A stretch of 64,000 nucleotides of DNA, from contig JARFYF010000065.1 in NCBI GenBank assembly GCA_030265395.1, positions 12,291,184-12,355,183 of the forward strand. The letters run 5' to 3'. The notes beneath the pieces were generated by a model. That model was not told where the DNA came from. It worked only from the letters and a program-made list of their open reading frames with translations, and ran no database searches. Of the stretch, positions 37,601 to 50,610 are shown one piece after another. The stretch's first letter is position 1. Each line of letters begins with the position of its first letter. The stretch is from Rhina ancylostomus (Eukaryota). The translations under genes and the position numbers were made by a program.

Positions 37601-40600
37601 ATGTTACCACTTTCTTAACAGTAGATTCTAATTTTTCCCTACTATTGATGTAGGGACCTAGACAACCTTTAGAAATTATTCTTGAATATGCAGCCATAGG
37701 ACCATGATATTGCTTGTACTCCAGAAGTCCCTGGTAAATGGGCAGTTTAGTTAATTGTATAAGCCTACCTAGCCTGGGAATACCGAATTGTACCTGAAGC
37801 TAAGCTAGGAGATTACTAGCACCTTCAATGGAAGGTTGTATTGCAGTGAAGCAGTCTATGTTCTTATTATTTTGCAGATGATTTCCTGCTGTATTTGGAC
37901 CCTCACTACTGCCAGCCAGTTGTGGATGTAACTAAATACAACTTCCTGCTGGAGGTAAGTAATGCCCGGCTATTGCTACAGGATAGGTCTGTGCCTGCTG
38001 CTGGCCTGGTTTCAGTTAGCCAAGCAGTTGCTGAGAATTTTATTTAAGGTAGGGAGAGCACAGATAGACCTTGAGAGCCAGAAAGACTAAATCAAAACAG
38101 CAGCATAGAGCTATCTGTTGTGGCATCAGAAGGGTGTTTTTCAGTTTCTGCCCTACTAGTGAAGATATTTTATTGCTTTTGTGTGTATGTTAATTTTTTA
38201 CAACAGCTGTTTCTTTGTATACTACAAATAAAATAACTGCTTTATTAGAGAGGAACTTGAAATTTGGTTATTATACAGTGTACCAGAGTTAATACAAAGG
38301 AATTGAAAGTTGTTATTAGTTCACAGTGGTGCTTGCTGTTGGACAAAGCAAAGATTTTGTAACGTAGCCTGGTGTTTGGGTAGGTTTTTCGGGCAGAGTA
38401 GCAAGCTTACTGCTTTATTTAATCATTACTGCATGGTCTGCTATTTAAGAGCAGTTACGTTCCTCATAGCTTCCGTAATTGCTGCTTTGTGATGAGCTTT
38501 GAATACAATGGATTTATAACTGGCATCAGGATAAGTAGGGGATACCTTGCAAGGGTCACTCCTGGATGCGTCTATGCAGGGCAGATTCAGGACGCTCTGG
38601 GATTAGTCGATTTACTGAACCTGGTAGGAGGGGAGGTCAGCTATTCTCAAAAGAACCAGAGACAAGAAAGGAAATGCAAAGGTAGACTGGGAGATTTTTC
38701 TAGAATATTCACTCCTCCCCCTACTATTCCCACTTGCTCCTAAAGGACACCCAACCATGTATTAGTGTTTATATTTTTTTTGTCTGTCACATTCCTTCAT
38801 GCCTTGATGGACTTTTCTGCTTCAGAGTCAAGAGGTCTTAGTCATGGTATATATTAGATAAGAGCACACTGAACAAGGCCCAGTTTATGAACACATTTGC
38901 TGCAAATTGGTTTGCAGTAATCCACTTGCTTAAAGGTAGCAATAAAAACCACTTTTTTTTTCCCCTGGTTAAAATACTACCGGGCAGCGATTAGTTGTGA
39001 CATCGTTCCATAGAAGGTGGATGCCTGTAGTACACATCACCAAACTGCCTATTGTTCACGTGAGCTAATATCAACAAACCGCTGAGCTGATCTTGTTCTT
39101 GCCTGATGTCTACACACTGTAGAATGATCAGGAGTTGGAAGCTGAGCTAATTATTTGTACTGTTCCTCCATCTCCAAAGCCCCTTCACTGCCCCATCGTA
39201 ACTCCCCAACTCAGATTGAGTTGGTGAGCATGTAAGAGGAGGATCTTGCTGATATTCTTGCCAATGCAGCTTGGATTGATAGAGGCTTGGATTTATGTTT
39301 TGGGATCTTAGAGTGTAAAGGAGAATGAAGCATTTAACATGAGGAATTGTTCACTAATAGTTGTTTTTGTTCCAGTCATTTCACTGCATCTCTCCAAGGA
39401 AGCTGTCCTTCAGTAAGATGGATCCTAGCTGTACAATAGGGTTTTATGCAAAGACTAAGGAGGATTTTGAAAATTTTTGTCAAGATGTCACAAAGGTAAG
39501 TAAGTAAATGGTGCAATGTTTTTTTAAATCCGTTACTGAAGCTGGTTTGAGAAAGTATAACGGGTCAAACGTTGTAACTGTAGCTGTATGTCTTAACTCT
39601 GAAATAAACCAGTCATTTTTCTCCTGTTCTCTTCTGATCGTTATTGGTGTGAGGTGTATTATGGCTTTTGAACCACTTGTGGTTAAGTTTGTTGTTGCAC
39701 TATTCTTGGTGTTACTCTAGATAAGCTGCCCTTCTGGAGAATAGTCAGTGGCTTTTGATAAAGTTCTATGTACATGGATATTGGTGAAATTTGAAGTTGT
39801 CCTGGTGGGGGTGGAGGTCAGAGGAAAATTTTAGTTGAAAGCAGTAGGTGTTGTTGAAGGAGTTACTGGAGTGGAGAGCTGAGTGGGAGCATGCTGGTGG
39901 GGAGGGGGTTTGTATTGGAACCATATCTGTTGGTATGTTGCATCAGTGATGTAGATTCGGAACTCAAAATAAATATACAGACAGTATGAAGCCTGGGAGT
40001 GGAACCAAAGGAGATTACTCAAGTTACTGTAGGAATTAAACCACAACTTTGGAGAATAATGGCAGTTTTTACCACTCTCTGTCTTCAATTAATATTAAAC
40101 AAATTCAAACATCAGTGATATAGATTCAGGAATTCTACAAGTTTTCTGATGAAAGGTCATTGACCTGAAATGTTAACTTTTTCTTTTCAAAAGTGTTACT
40201 TGCTTTGAGTATTAACAGCATTTTCTGTTTTCATTTAAAATTTCCAGTATCGGCAATTTATTTAATTTTATGCCAGTAATACAAGCTGGTTACTGGGATC
40301 TGATCATCTCTGAGAACACACAATTCTGTATTTGTTTGACAGACCATTTTTGTGAGGATATTTCCCTTGGTAGTGGAGTCCAATAATAGGGGGCATCATC
40401 TCAGAATGGGGAGGTGACCATTTAAAACTGAGATGGGGAGCAATTTATTCTGTTATTTATTCATGGGGACAATTTCTCTTTTTCCTCTGTCAATAAAGGT
40501 GTTAGAAGAATGTAGAAATATACTGACTTAAAACATTCCAAACTGTGCAACCAATCAAAAGAAGCATTAACCAAGCCATTTGGTTACTGAAGTTAGTACA

Positions 40601-41075
40601 GCACACGTCAGAGATGGTGTTGATCAGTTTACAAGAGCACTTTGGTTAGGCACTATGGTGTTCACTGAGAAACAGAGACAATCAAGCTGTGGAAACACTT
40701 CAGGGAAGAGTTCTCATGTCTGGGATTTGGGATACATAGGAAGAGTGATGAAACTTGGAGAGAGAAATTCATCTTCAGTAGTAGATGCTCTCAGAACTAT
40801 CAGCTGCCCAAATGACCTTGATGGAATAGAACTTGTGCTTTTCCCGGTTGTACACCTCTCCACAATAGTGAAATGATTTTGTTTTTCTTTAGGTGTTGGG
40901 TTCCTCGTCTTTGAAAGAGAAGTACCCTATTTTCACCTTTGCAGAGGGCTGTGCTCAGGATTACAGTCTAGATGAACTCTGCACTCACAAACCGGAAACA
41001 ACTGTGCAAATCTCCAAGTCTGAAAGAGCAGGGAAGTCCAAGCGGAACAGCACTGACGAGTTTGTTTTTCTCTAA
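19446..41075 (+). CDS. ATG4D: Cysteine protease ATG4D, 10 coding exons, 1575 nt / 524 aa
   Basis: Exons 19446-19662, 21286-21369, 21468-21707, 23188-23545, 32867-32937, 35160-35305, 35661-35739, 37878-37954, 39376-39495, 40893-41075 join in phase. Peptidase C54 motifs [13 protein letters not shown] (catalytic Cys) and YLDPH (Asp/His); N-terminus [16 protein letters not shown] and C-terminal LIR-like DEFVFL indicate ATG4D rather than ATG4C. Confidence 0.95.
21286..21369 (+). CDS. ATG4D: ATG4D coding exon 2
   Basis: tctgtag|GCTGG...GAAG|gtaatt; [27 protein letters not shown]. Confidence 0.93.
21468..21707 (+). CDS. ATG4D: ATG4D coding exon 3 (catalytic Cys; NAGNAG acceptor 21468/21471)
   Basis: [17 protein letters not shown]...[19 protein letters not shown]; donor A|gtaaat. 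Confidence 0.9.
22225..22395. mobile_element. Short fold-back Penelope-type element with minimal hammerhead motif (22264-22301)
   Basis: Inverted arms aatgctggagg..cagcaggtca / tgacctgctg..cctccagcatt; core cagtc-CTGACGA-A-ggatctcgaccc-AAAAC-GTC-gactg. Confidence 0.75.
23188..23545 (+). CDS. ATG4D: ATG4D coding exon 4
   Basis: cttttag|ACTGGACCTGG...ATCAA|gtaagt; [10 protein letters not shown]...[17 protein letters not shown]. Confidence 0.94.
23640..24040 (+). mobile_element. CR1-clade LINE 3' end
   Basis: ttccctggagcagaggagactgaaaggggatctgattgaggtctacaaaattatg (..[17 protein letters not shown]) and tail tgggctgaag. Confidence 0.85.
24880..27900. mobile_element. Cluster of CR1 fragments: minus-strand about 24880-26560 with a plus-strand CR1 3' end nested at about 25435-25875; second minus-strand CR1 about 26790-27900
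   Basis: CR1 ORF2 remnants (gaccagaactgca.., gtaaagtccatgtagacaa, ttggagttcagaagaataagg..gatattgaaaca). Confidence 0.75.
28030..28330 (-). mobile_element. Non-LTR retrotransposon RT fragment
   Basis: [12 protein letters not shown]...[14 protein letters not shown], a decayed FADD...[17 protein letters not shown] segment. Confidence 0.7.
28690..28875 (+). mobile_element. Truncated V-domain SINE with a different LINE-derived tail
   Basis: gggtttcctctgggtactccagtttcctcccacattccaaaga, then tail tttcactgtg..gtgactaataaa. Confidence 0.65.
31180..31530 (+). mobile_element. tRNA-derived V-SINE (HE1-like)
   Basis: gctgcctcaca..caggttcagtcctgacctcgg head, V-domain gagtttgcacattctccctgt..tttcccccacatcccaaa, CR1-like tail tgggctgaagggcctgtttcc. 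Confidence 0.85.
32867..32937 (+). CDS. ATG4D: ATG4D coding exon 5
   Basis: ttgcag|GAGAGCAGTG...TGCACAG|gtgaac; [23 protein letters not shown]. Confidence 0.92.
33695..34020 (+). mobile_element. tRNA-derived V-SINE (HE1-like)
   Basis: Same head, V-domain and tail layout as the 31180 copy. Confidence 0.8.
34251..34380. repeat. AT-rich quasi-palindromic tandem repeat
   Basis: ccctattaatag x2, then atgtattattaagaat x3 at 30-33 bp spacing. Confidence 0.8.
34380..34790 (-). mobile_element. Deu-domain SINE (SacSINE1-like), old
   Basis: Antisense L2-like tail (tttatataccacctttca..catcccaaa), Deu core (gctcccacaaatagcaa..ctgggagaattctcctg) and tRNA-like head (ttgaacccaca). Related decayed copies at about 1-160, 43920-44150, 53640-53900 and 56590-56870. 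Confidence 0.6.
35160..35305 (+). CDS. ATG4D: ATG4D coding exon 6
   Basis: VYKGDVV...[26 protein letters not shown]; donor gtaaac. Confidence 0.93.
35661..35739 (+). CDS. ATG4D: ATG4D coding exon 7
   Basis: atttgcag|GAGATC...CAAG|gtaggt; [26 protein letters not shown]. Confidence 0.94.
35880..36056. mobile_element. Fold-back Penelope-type short element (degenerate)
   Basis: gcaacaaacaat..ggaggagctcag / ctgagttcctcc..attgtttgttgc arms plus an internal palindrome ttttggattgaaaccctgca / tgcagagtttcaacccaaaa. Confidence 0.7.
36780..37660 (-). mobile_element. Old CR1 LINE fragment
   Basis: gagataagaactgtatacaatattccag, attatcagcaaatttgga (antisense FADN/D) and related remnants. Confidence 0.65.
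37878..37954 (+). CDS. ATG4D: ATG4D coding exon 8 (catalytic Asp/His)
   Basis: tttgcag|ATGAT...CTGGAG|gtaagt; [18 protein letters not shown]. Confidence 0.94.
39376..39495 (+). CDS. ATG4D: ATG4D coding exon 9
   Basis: ttccag|TCATTTCACTGC...ACAAAG|gtaagt; [25 protein letters not shown]. Confidence 0.94.
40139..40260 (+). mobile_element. Penelope-type terminal repeat fragment with hammerhead motif
   Basis: CTGATGA-A-AGGTC att GACCT-GAAA-TGTT-aact with a perfect stem II. Confidence 0.7.
40893..41075 (+). CDS. ATG4D: ATG4D last coding exon
   Basis: tttctttag|GTGTTG...; [12 protein letters not shown]...STDEFVFL*. Confidence 0.94.
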   Translation: MLGSSSLKEKYPIFTFAEGCAQDYSLDELCTHKPETTVQISKSERAGKSKRNSTDEFVFL

Positions 41076-44000
41076 TGAACTCGCCATTAAATATCTGTGC
41101 CTGCTATGTTACAGCAGGGAACAAACTAGGAGCCTCATGGAACATTTCAATATTTATATTCTGGTGTCTTTCTATAATGAGGTGGAGTCATGGCAATCAT
41201 TAACCTTTCTGGGTAGCTTTTACTCTGACACTGGTATAACTCTTCCTGAGAATGAACTGGTTACCTTTTCCTTCCCTTTATATTGTTGCTGAAATTGTGT
41301 ATGTCATTTGTGGGTCTGCTTGATGCAGACTTTTCGAGGCATTGATGACTTCAGGCTGGAGCTGATATTGAAACCAGTTATGTAATGCATTGATGCAGAT
41401 GTTGCTGAGGTGCTGACTTGCATTCTAAGAGCTCACAGATTGGTCAGTCCCTCACATTTACCCAATCCTTAACATAGTACGAGCTTGATTAAAGGGAGTA
41501 GGTTTCATCAGGAAGGGGGAATGGTTGCAGAGTCTGATACTATCCACTGGTTTACTTTTAATGCATTTTGCTAGAATTACAGTTGCAGCAGGGAATCTTG
41601 CCTGTCCTTGCTTCCCTGGGTCTAGAACACCTGAGACTGATTGTCCCCTTGGCTGATTGCAAAAGGTGCATCCTTTGCTGCATTTGGCATCTTTCCCTCA
41701 ACTCTTTTCCCTGGGAGGTACAAATCAGCTCGTGGAACTACCTCTTTGATATTTGGCTCCCTAGTGTGTACTGTGTGAATCACAGTAAGTCAATTCACAA
41801 TTCACTTTACCAGTGTGAGTGTAGGCACGTACCATCATAACACAGCAGATTGTTCCATTGTAGCACTCCTTTGTCACTACTCTCTTAAATTGCCCCACAA
41901 CGTTCTGTTCCAACATTAAATTGGCAGTGTTGTGACCTGAATATTTGCAGTGAATGTCAAACCACATCCTTGTTTAGGGAAAAGGATAGGCAAAATATTT
42001 ACCTCTTCAAGAATGGGCTATCGTTTATCTATTTTGATTGGTAGATTCATTTATAAAATAGTGCGATAAGAGCCCTACCGTGAACAAAGGAAAGAACATT
42101 AGATGGACCAGGATGAGCTTCTTGCCAAATCCACACGTGCAAACAACTGCCTTGCAGTAACATTTTAACATTTCTAATGCTACGTTCTTTCTTTATTGTA
42201 AACATTTTACTCTGGGTGATGTTGGGAGTGAGATGCATTTCATCTTGGATGTGGGACAGATTTTTCTTGATGAGATGAAAGCCTTTTCAAGGGATATGTT
42301 CTTTGCTGGAGCTTGGTTTGAAATTGTGCTTGGCCAATAACACAGAACTGCCCCAGATTCAACACCAACTGGCATTAAAATCTCATTCAAGCCACAGGAT
42401 GTTGGTATGGACAGTGCAGAAGACCACTGTCAGAGGGGTTTCTTCTCTGGTTCTTGTTCAAGAACATCATTGGAATAGAGCAGAAAGAGATTTACAATGC
42501 CATATGGCACTTGAACAATCCTAGAGCCTGTTTATTTCACATCACACTTTTTAACCCACTGTATAATCTGGATTTTTATTCCTGTCCTGAAACGTGACTA
42601 CTGATCTTAATGACTCAAAATGTTGTCTTTAATTATTAATTGAGCTAACAGGTAAGAGCTGTCTGATTGCATAACTATTTAGTTTGTATTATTTATTCTG
42701 TATGTTCCAGTTTCTGTATTTGATAGATTTACTTTTTATTTCTGAAATCAGCCTTTGATCTGAAGCATAGCTATATGCATTTCCTTGTGTCTGCAGAGTA
42801 CATCTTCCCTCCCATCCACCCAATAGTTAAAATGTGAAATGTTTGGAGTAACATCTTAAGCATCAATTTACCGGGACTGAGGCACAAGCAGGTGAAGCTA
42901 AGTTGATGTCCATGCAGTGGAGATGTTTAGCTTTTATTGGGATATTTAGAATCTTGTGAAGAGCACAGTGTATTCTCCCCGCCACCATACCTAATGGACA
43001 GCCAAGCTTGATACGTGGTCTTTAGCTGAGAGTTTATAGTAATGCCACTGTTTACCTGTATGGGTTCAGTTCATAAAATGTGTTAATTGCAACATTGCAA
43101 TCTCTTACTGCTAAGCTCTGGACCAAATTATCAGTGGGATAGTAGTGGGACATCATGATGCCTCCATGGTGAGACTTTGTGTCATGTTAACAAATAATTG
43201 TATAAGCTTGGGGAAGGTAGCTAACTGCACATTATCTTAAATATTGCATGGTACTTTTAGTGGAACCATTTTTGCTTGAATCTTAAGTTGAAGTATATTG
43301 GCCACAACAGAAAGATTGGGTGGGGTTGAATAGAAATAGATGTTTCCACAGTCTTTCTGTGATACAGTTTGCACCTTTCAATATGGTGGAACCATGGGCT
43401 TTCACAGCTTGGGTCACTGTGTGCTTCACTGACAGGTTCTCTGCATTTTACTTCAGGGAGTGTAAATCATTAATCAAATTGCAGAACTGTCAGGAGGGTT
43501 AAGGGCTCTCAATCAAGTGGCCATCTCTCTTCCTAACAAACTCAAACGTGCAGATATTGACCATGTTGCTAAGGACTATTAATGTGCAGCCATTTCATTA
43601 GCCACATACAGACATGAGGATTTTATTTCACTGTTACCACGTGGTTAGCCTGTAAGATGTGCAAATGCGCCACACAGAGTGATTGTCTAAGTACAAGACA
43701 TGGTAGGCTGCAATGGATTACTCCATAGTATTAATGTGGAACGTTTCCACTCCAGTAACTAACTGGATATAAAATATTGCTGCAGCTTCTGTCTTGATCA
43801 GGCTGATTATATCTAAGAAATTATTTTTGCCTTGTCTGTCCTGTTGGCCAATCATTTTTGATTTTAGCTTCATTTTCTGCCTCCCACATCCTTCCTCACT
43901 CTTGTGGGTTCCAGTATTTAAAGTGTCTTCTAATGACCCCTATTACTATTCAGAGAGCAGCAGAGTTCTCCTGCCCCCTTTGGCCAATATTTCTCCTTCA

Positions 44001-47000
44001 ACCAAAAAAGATTAAATATCTCATTGCCGCTTGTGTACAACATCCTGCCATATTTACCCATTAACTACAGTCATTACATGATGGAATTCATTGAACAAGA
44101 AATGCTTAGCTTAGTGAGAGATGCTGCTGGATAAATGCAGGTTATTTTCCCTAAATATGCAGCTGAAATGCTGCTTTGGACATCCCAGAGCAGAACTGCA
44201 CTCCAGTATTAGTCCCTCCCAATGTATTCTGAATGCTCTGTCAACAAGCATGTTTGGGTTGTGTGTAGGCACATCTGGAGCCTATTTTTGTAGTGGTGTC
44301 TTTTCCATTGAGTGCAGCCTGATTCTGATAAACTGATGCTGCCTCTCACCTGTCATTGTATTGTTTACTATATTTGGCTTTGATTGCTTATAGTCATGCA
44401 CTATTCAAGACACTGGAGTGAAATTCTGCAATGGTTAGGGCTGTGACCATTGGCTGAGAGTATTGGCTAACGAGAAGGCTTCTGTGCAAGTCTCACTTCC
44501 TATAGCTAGGTTGTAGAGGAGCAGAGCAAGGGTTGCATGGTGGCGTTCTTGTAGAATTTTGTTTCTTTGGTCCTACCTACTTGTGTTGGAAGTTCTTCCC
44601 ACCACCTCTCCTTCTCTATTGATGTTTATTTGTGCTTGCTCTTCTTGCCACCTTTCCTCAAACCCTCACCTCAAAGGTTAACTCCTTGTGGGGTTAATGT
44701 TCCTTCACTCTTTACCTCTGCTCTCTCACTGGACGGTGTGAATTGTTATTGGTGAGTGCTGACAGATTGTTTAACTGTGGAGAACATTGAGAGCTGCTCC
44801 TGCCCTTGCACTTCTGACAAGGCTTTCTGACCATCCTTCCCCCTCCCCAAAATGTCCTGTACCATTGTCCTAAAGCATCTCCATGCAGACCAGGTCAAAT
44901 ATTGAAACTACTACCTTCCTCGCTCAGCCTGTATTCTTTAAGCTATTTTGTTTAATCCCTCTTATGACTGAAATTGAGTCATGATATGAAAATTGGATCT
45001 TATATCCAGGGTTGGCTAAACATAGTGCTGTCTCATCCTAGTCACACACTTTGACATTTTACATAAATCTAATGCTGCTAGATTTTGGAAAAATCATGTG
45101 CATAATTTCTTGCTCTATTTATAGACATGCCTGAATTTGAAATGATGAATATTACTGTGAGATTAGATGGAAAATACAATCCATCTGCTTGAACCAGCAA
45201 AACAGCCTTTGCTTTTCTGAGAGAATATTGATTTTATCACTGATATTTAAATGAAATTTGTATTCTCACTGTTCATTGTTGAAGCTACTGTGCATGTACT
45301 ACTGAAAATTTCTCCAGCTGTGCTGTTTTAGGAAGGCCTGTGTATCACTTGATAGTGTCCAAATGACATTCCAGCTGCCTCAACAGCACTGTCATTCACG
45401 ACACTGATCCACAAACAACCAGGAAGGTCCCACGATCTATCCTTGCTCTGCATAGAGTTTTGCTGATCTCAGATGGGGTTGCTGAAAGCTTTGGAATCTT
45501 TGGGAGGAGAGAAAGTAACTGGTTTCCATTCCTGATTTGCCACCTGGAACACATACATAAATATGGGGTGAGAACCAGCCTCTTTGTCTCATGCAGGTGA
45601 GATTATTGACCGGCAGTAGAATTGCATCCCAGTGAAATCCAGCAACAGAGGAAGTGCTTTTAAAAACCAGTTAACATAGCCACCTGGCGTCTGGTGGTGG
45701 TGCACACTCCTTCATGCTTATTGTTCTGATCTGTGTGCAGACAGTCCAGCTTTCTACTCGCAGAATAAATGCAGGCCTTCCTAAAGCACGCAGTGCTATA
45801 CTACAATGCAGTACTAGTAAACCAAGCAGTTTCCTTGTATTTCATGAAAGGTTCCTAGATAACACTAGCAAGTTTTAATCCTTTGAGAATGTTTTATTTG
45901 GCAGGGCAGCCTGGAGAGAACGTCCTCCTTCCTCTCCTGAGGGTTTGGATATCTTGAGACCTGGTGGGAAATTACATAATGCACTTTAAATTCAACAGGT
46001 CACGGGTCAATTCTACAAACACCCTCCCCTTCGAGGGCACAGCTGTACAGCTGAGAATCTCTTCAGCTGACATGGTGTTAAAGGATAGGACATATTACCC
46101 TTTTCATTTACAAACATAAAGGGTTTTTGACTAATTTTATGAGATGTTGGAATGAGACATTCATATCGTGAGAGGACCTATGCAAGTGGCCACAACTGTG
46201 CAGTAAAGTGTAAAAGTCTCAGATTCCAATTCTCAGTCTGTGTTTACCACACATCAAAGGATTAAAGCAAACGCTTTCTAACTTGGTTTAGAAATAAACT
46301 GAACTTAAAGCTGCTTGGCAGTTATAAATAAATGGAATCATCCACAACTGACAATCGTTATGCTCCAGCTTTTGGTGTTTTATTTAATGGATCTAACTCC
46401 ATGTACCAAGGTAAAGAGTCTTAAGATAATCTTGGAGGTGATGGTTTGGAATGAGCCTAATATAACATCAGAAGTGAAAAGCAGGACAATAAGAGTCATG
46501 TTTAAGATTATTAAATGTATAAATGTAATTCTAGAGCAAATGAAATATTTCTGTACATACCTTAAGCAATTAACAACAAGATCTGGTTAGCATTAAAGGT
46601 GATTGAGTCTGGGACCCTTGGTTCACTTAACAACTGAATGTTAGAGGGAGAGAGTTTGGATGAGAACTGGAAAACAATATGCAATTATTCAAAGCTGGGG
46701 AAATTGTAAATACATTTCAACAAACTATGAAGTTAGTTTGAAAGCTTTTTTTGGATACATCCTGTTAATTCATGGATTGTGGCATGGATCACAACCCAGC
46801 CTAGTCTTTTCTCTGTATAACTCTTTGCATCACACACCACTTGGAAAGAAAATCAAAAATCAGCAGATACTGGAACACTAGAACAGAAAATGCTGGAAAT
46901 GGTCAGCATGTCAGACAGCATCTGTGAAAAGAGAGATGGAGTTAATGTTTCAGATTAGAGACCTCATTGGCAACAGGAAAGTGGAAAAATAAGTTAGGAG

Positions 47001-50000
47001 AGGGATGGATAGGAAGCAGATCTGTGAAGAGATGCTCACATGTTCCCACCACTTTCCACTCAAAGAAGCCTGGTTGATTTGTATGTCTGTGTATCCCTTT
47101 GCTGATTAGAAATTGTTGGGAATGCAGCTTATTTCTTATATACCTCTAAAGGACGAGGGCTCCAGGATATGCTGAAGGGTGTCATGAAACTTGCAGCTCC
47201 AACAGGCATCTGGGACACTGGAGCACCAAGCAGTTTTTGCCTTTAGAAGGCTGCCGTGGTAGGAGCTGAGAGGCATTGTTTTAGTGCACTGTTCACTTTC
47301 GGAATCTGGCTTTAGTTGGTTCAAATTGATCCAAGTTATAGAAATGTGGGAGCTAAATGGAGATGTGTGTTTTAATTTGCTATTGCAGATGTTACTGGAT
47401 GATACAATCTTTCCCCTTTTTGTTTTAACCACTTTGTGTATTTTGACTCTGGTTCAGCAGACCACATAAATGGTTAATTGAAGGCAATGTCATTGCCAAT
47501 CAAACCAACAACAGAAGCTAGAGCATGAATGTGTTGCCTGCTACCTCACAGCTTCACTCCTGGCGTTCCTGAAAGTCAGAGGAACAATAAAAAAATAATC
47601 AGTCTTGCTGCTGATGTTGCACCTGCTGTGTGGGACTGCATTAGGAGCTTTATTGTGCATCTACTCCCTGATGTTCCTGTCATGGGAATGATTAATGGGA
47701 CACAGCAGAGGGAGCTTTACCTCAGTGATGTCCGGGGTGTGTACAACAGGATAGATTTGTGTGCACAACAGGATAGATTTGTGTGCTGCAGGATGATATG
47801 AGGATTGCTGCTCTTGACTGTTTTCTTGTGTCTCCTGCTGGTATAAGTGCAGTGAACTTTGGTGTGATGGCCGCCATGGTTTAAAGCTTCTGATTTTGGT
47901 AAGCTTTCTTGGTAAGATGTTTGGAGTCTGTCATAGACTAACTTGAAAGTTCCAATGGGAGACAGGCTGATTTTTAAAATACCTCCTTCTGCGGTGTTTT
48001 GGAGTGATCCTATTAATAGAGACCCATACCAGAACGTACTCTTAACTTAGACATTAGAATGCTTTGCCAGCTCAATGATAATCAGCTGCTCTGGAGTTTG
48101 TGTATTTTCACTTTATTGAGCATCTGGCTGCTGGTATCTTGCACCTTAGCTCTGATGTTGCTCAGGCAGTTGGTCGAAGGTGATGATATTAAGGGCAGCA
48201 GCCGTCAAAAACTCACACTTGGACTCCTTTACCATGTATCAGTCTAAATGGAAAGGAAAGTGATGCAGTCAGTCATAAGTAGTGTTAAAATTATGCAAAG
48301 TATCAGAGAAAGTGTTTTTTTTCCCTATTATCTCTTGGACAAGTGCATGCCTGTGAATAGATAAGAGATGATACACCATAGAAATGATTAAATCTGTTTT
48401 GACTGATTGATTGTGGCTATTGCAAAGGAGAGCATCTTGGAATGATCGAAATTTTCAGCACCAAAGGGAGCCACTCAACTCATCCTGTCCTTGCCAGCCT
48501 AATAAGATCTATTGCTGTTAATCTCACTTCTCAGCTCTCCATCTCTGGCACATCTGTGGCATGTCATGCAGACACTTTATAACTGTGATAAAGGTTTTTG
48601 CCTCCATCTTCAGTTTTCAGGCAATGAGATCTGACCCCTATTATTTTCTGGATTTAAAGTTTTACTAAATTCCCCTTTAATCATTCTACCAATTACCTTA
48701 AATCTATTACCCATTTTATTGACCTCCCTGCTGAGGGAACTAATTGCTTTTTCCTTTTTCACCTTGAATTATTCAAATATTGGCTCCATTTGAAATGTAT
48801 AATGGAATCGTTCAATCTTTTTGGTTTGTGGGAGGAAGAAAGTGTTAGAGAGGAGCATGTACCCATAAACACAGCTACTTGAAGTATTCCCCTCCTCAGT
48901 GAGACTAGTCCCAGTTACTGGTATCCAGCTGGATTTCTGACTTGCTTTTCTAACCTAAAATGGACATTTTTATTACTGCAGTGTTAATATGAAGATGGCA
49001 TTAGGCCAGCTTGTGTGTGCGCCATGCATTTCACCTAGTTCCTGCTCCCATCAGAAAATCCAGCTGACAAGGAGACAGTGGATTTACACTGCAGAGTTAT
49101 GGTGAGGTTTACATTTCTCACCAGGGAATAACCTGTTGGCATTTGTTACAAAGTAAGTTGAGACATTTTGAGATTGTAAAAGGTGCTATAGAAATGCAAA
49201 GCTTTCTTTCCAGCACTGAATTCTGGAGCAAGCCTTGGCTTGGTGACACACCTCCCATCTGAGTTTGAAGGTTGATGCCCTACTCTGGGCTTTCTTGAAA
49301 AATGAGGATCCAAGTTCTAGTTCTGAATTCTTAGCTGACATCCAGCAGGACACTTTCCCCAGTGGTTAAATCTCCCCAGTGGTTGTCTCTCCCACCATCT
49401 CACATTGACGTCATATGGGTTGGGGGAAACCTCAGAAGGCAAGAGGCCTTGCCTCCTCTATAGGCTGGTATACAAGTGCTATGGAAGACAAGTTCAAGTT
49501 GTGGTTCATCCACAGCTTCATGCAATGGGTTCCATTTGAAGATAGATAAATGACATTTAGTACAAATTGTTAAGTTTATATGCTAGAGTGGGCCATGATT
49601 TAAACTGCAAAACAAACTGGAGATTAGAAACTGCTTTTTGTATCTAACCTGGACAAGATATAATAGCCACACTGCAGGAGAAATCCCCTAATTTTATTGG
49701 CTGGAGTTAGTACCACGTACCTTAGATGTAGAGTTGTTCAATAGAAAAGCACACCACCTACCTTCCCACCATCCCTAGCCACAGAACAGCAGAGATGAGA
49801 GGGTGATATTTATCTGCCAGATCCATTTTAGACTAAAACCTAAAGGGCCAGTGTATATTTCTGCCTCTTGGTACAGACTAGGATTAGATAACAGGAAACT
49901 TAATTTCTTCAGCCATTAAAATACAAAGGTTGAAATTTACAGACCTGCAAATCCTGGTGTGGCCATGTATGATGTTTTAAGTTGGAATACAACTGTTTGA

Positions 50001-50610
50001 AAATGTTGGGGATGTAATAATCTTCAGTTAAAGAACTGAATTAGATTTATTATCCCAAATCCACAGGCTGTGTTAATATGAGGTTATGTAGCCCTAGAGG
50101 CATTCAGGTTCCTGGTTTGTGAGCTGTTTCCCAGCTACTGGAACTTGAGGTTGTAGTGAATAGGGAGGGATTGGGGTGCCTAGGAGATGTGTGGCATTAG
50201 CCTGGTCCAGGTCGGTGAGTTCATGTTACTGATTTGAAAGACAGAATATGCTGGAAACTTAGGCACCATCTGTGAAGAGAAACTGAGTTAATATTTCAAA
50301 GACACTTCATCAGAATTGGGAAAGTGAAAAAGCAAGTTAGTTATGACTAACAACTATCCCTGTTCTGAAGATGGGTATTCAACTTGAAATGTTAATTCTG
50401 TATCTTTCCACAGATTNNNNNNNNNNNNNNNNNNNNNNNNNNNNNNNNNNNNNNNNNNNNNNNNNNNNNNNNNNATTTCACGTCACTGATTACTTTGCAA
50501 CAGGAAATGGCAGATAGATCACGTAAGGGCTTGGTAGGAATCCTTCCCTGATGAAGGCTCTCTAGGTTTCCTGGTGAGCACCAGCTGCTTGGGATAGGGG
50601 ATAGGTTTTG

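Noticed and set aside
19446-41075. Calling the gene ATG4C
   Set aside because: Despite C-like segments, the MNSVSP N-terminus, [18 protein letters not shown] and 19p13.2-type neighbours favour ATG4D.
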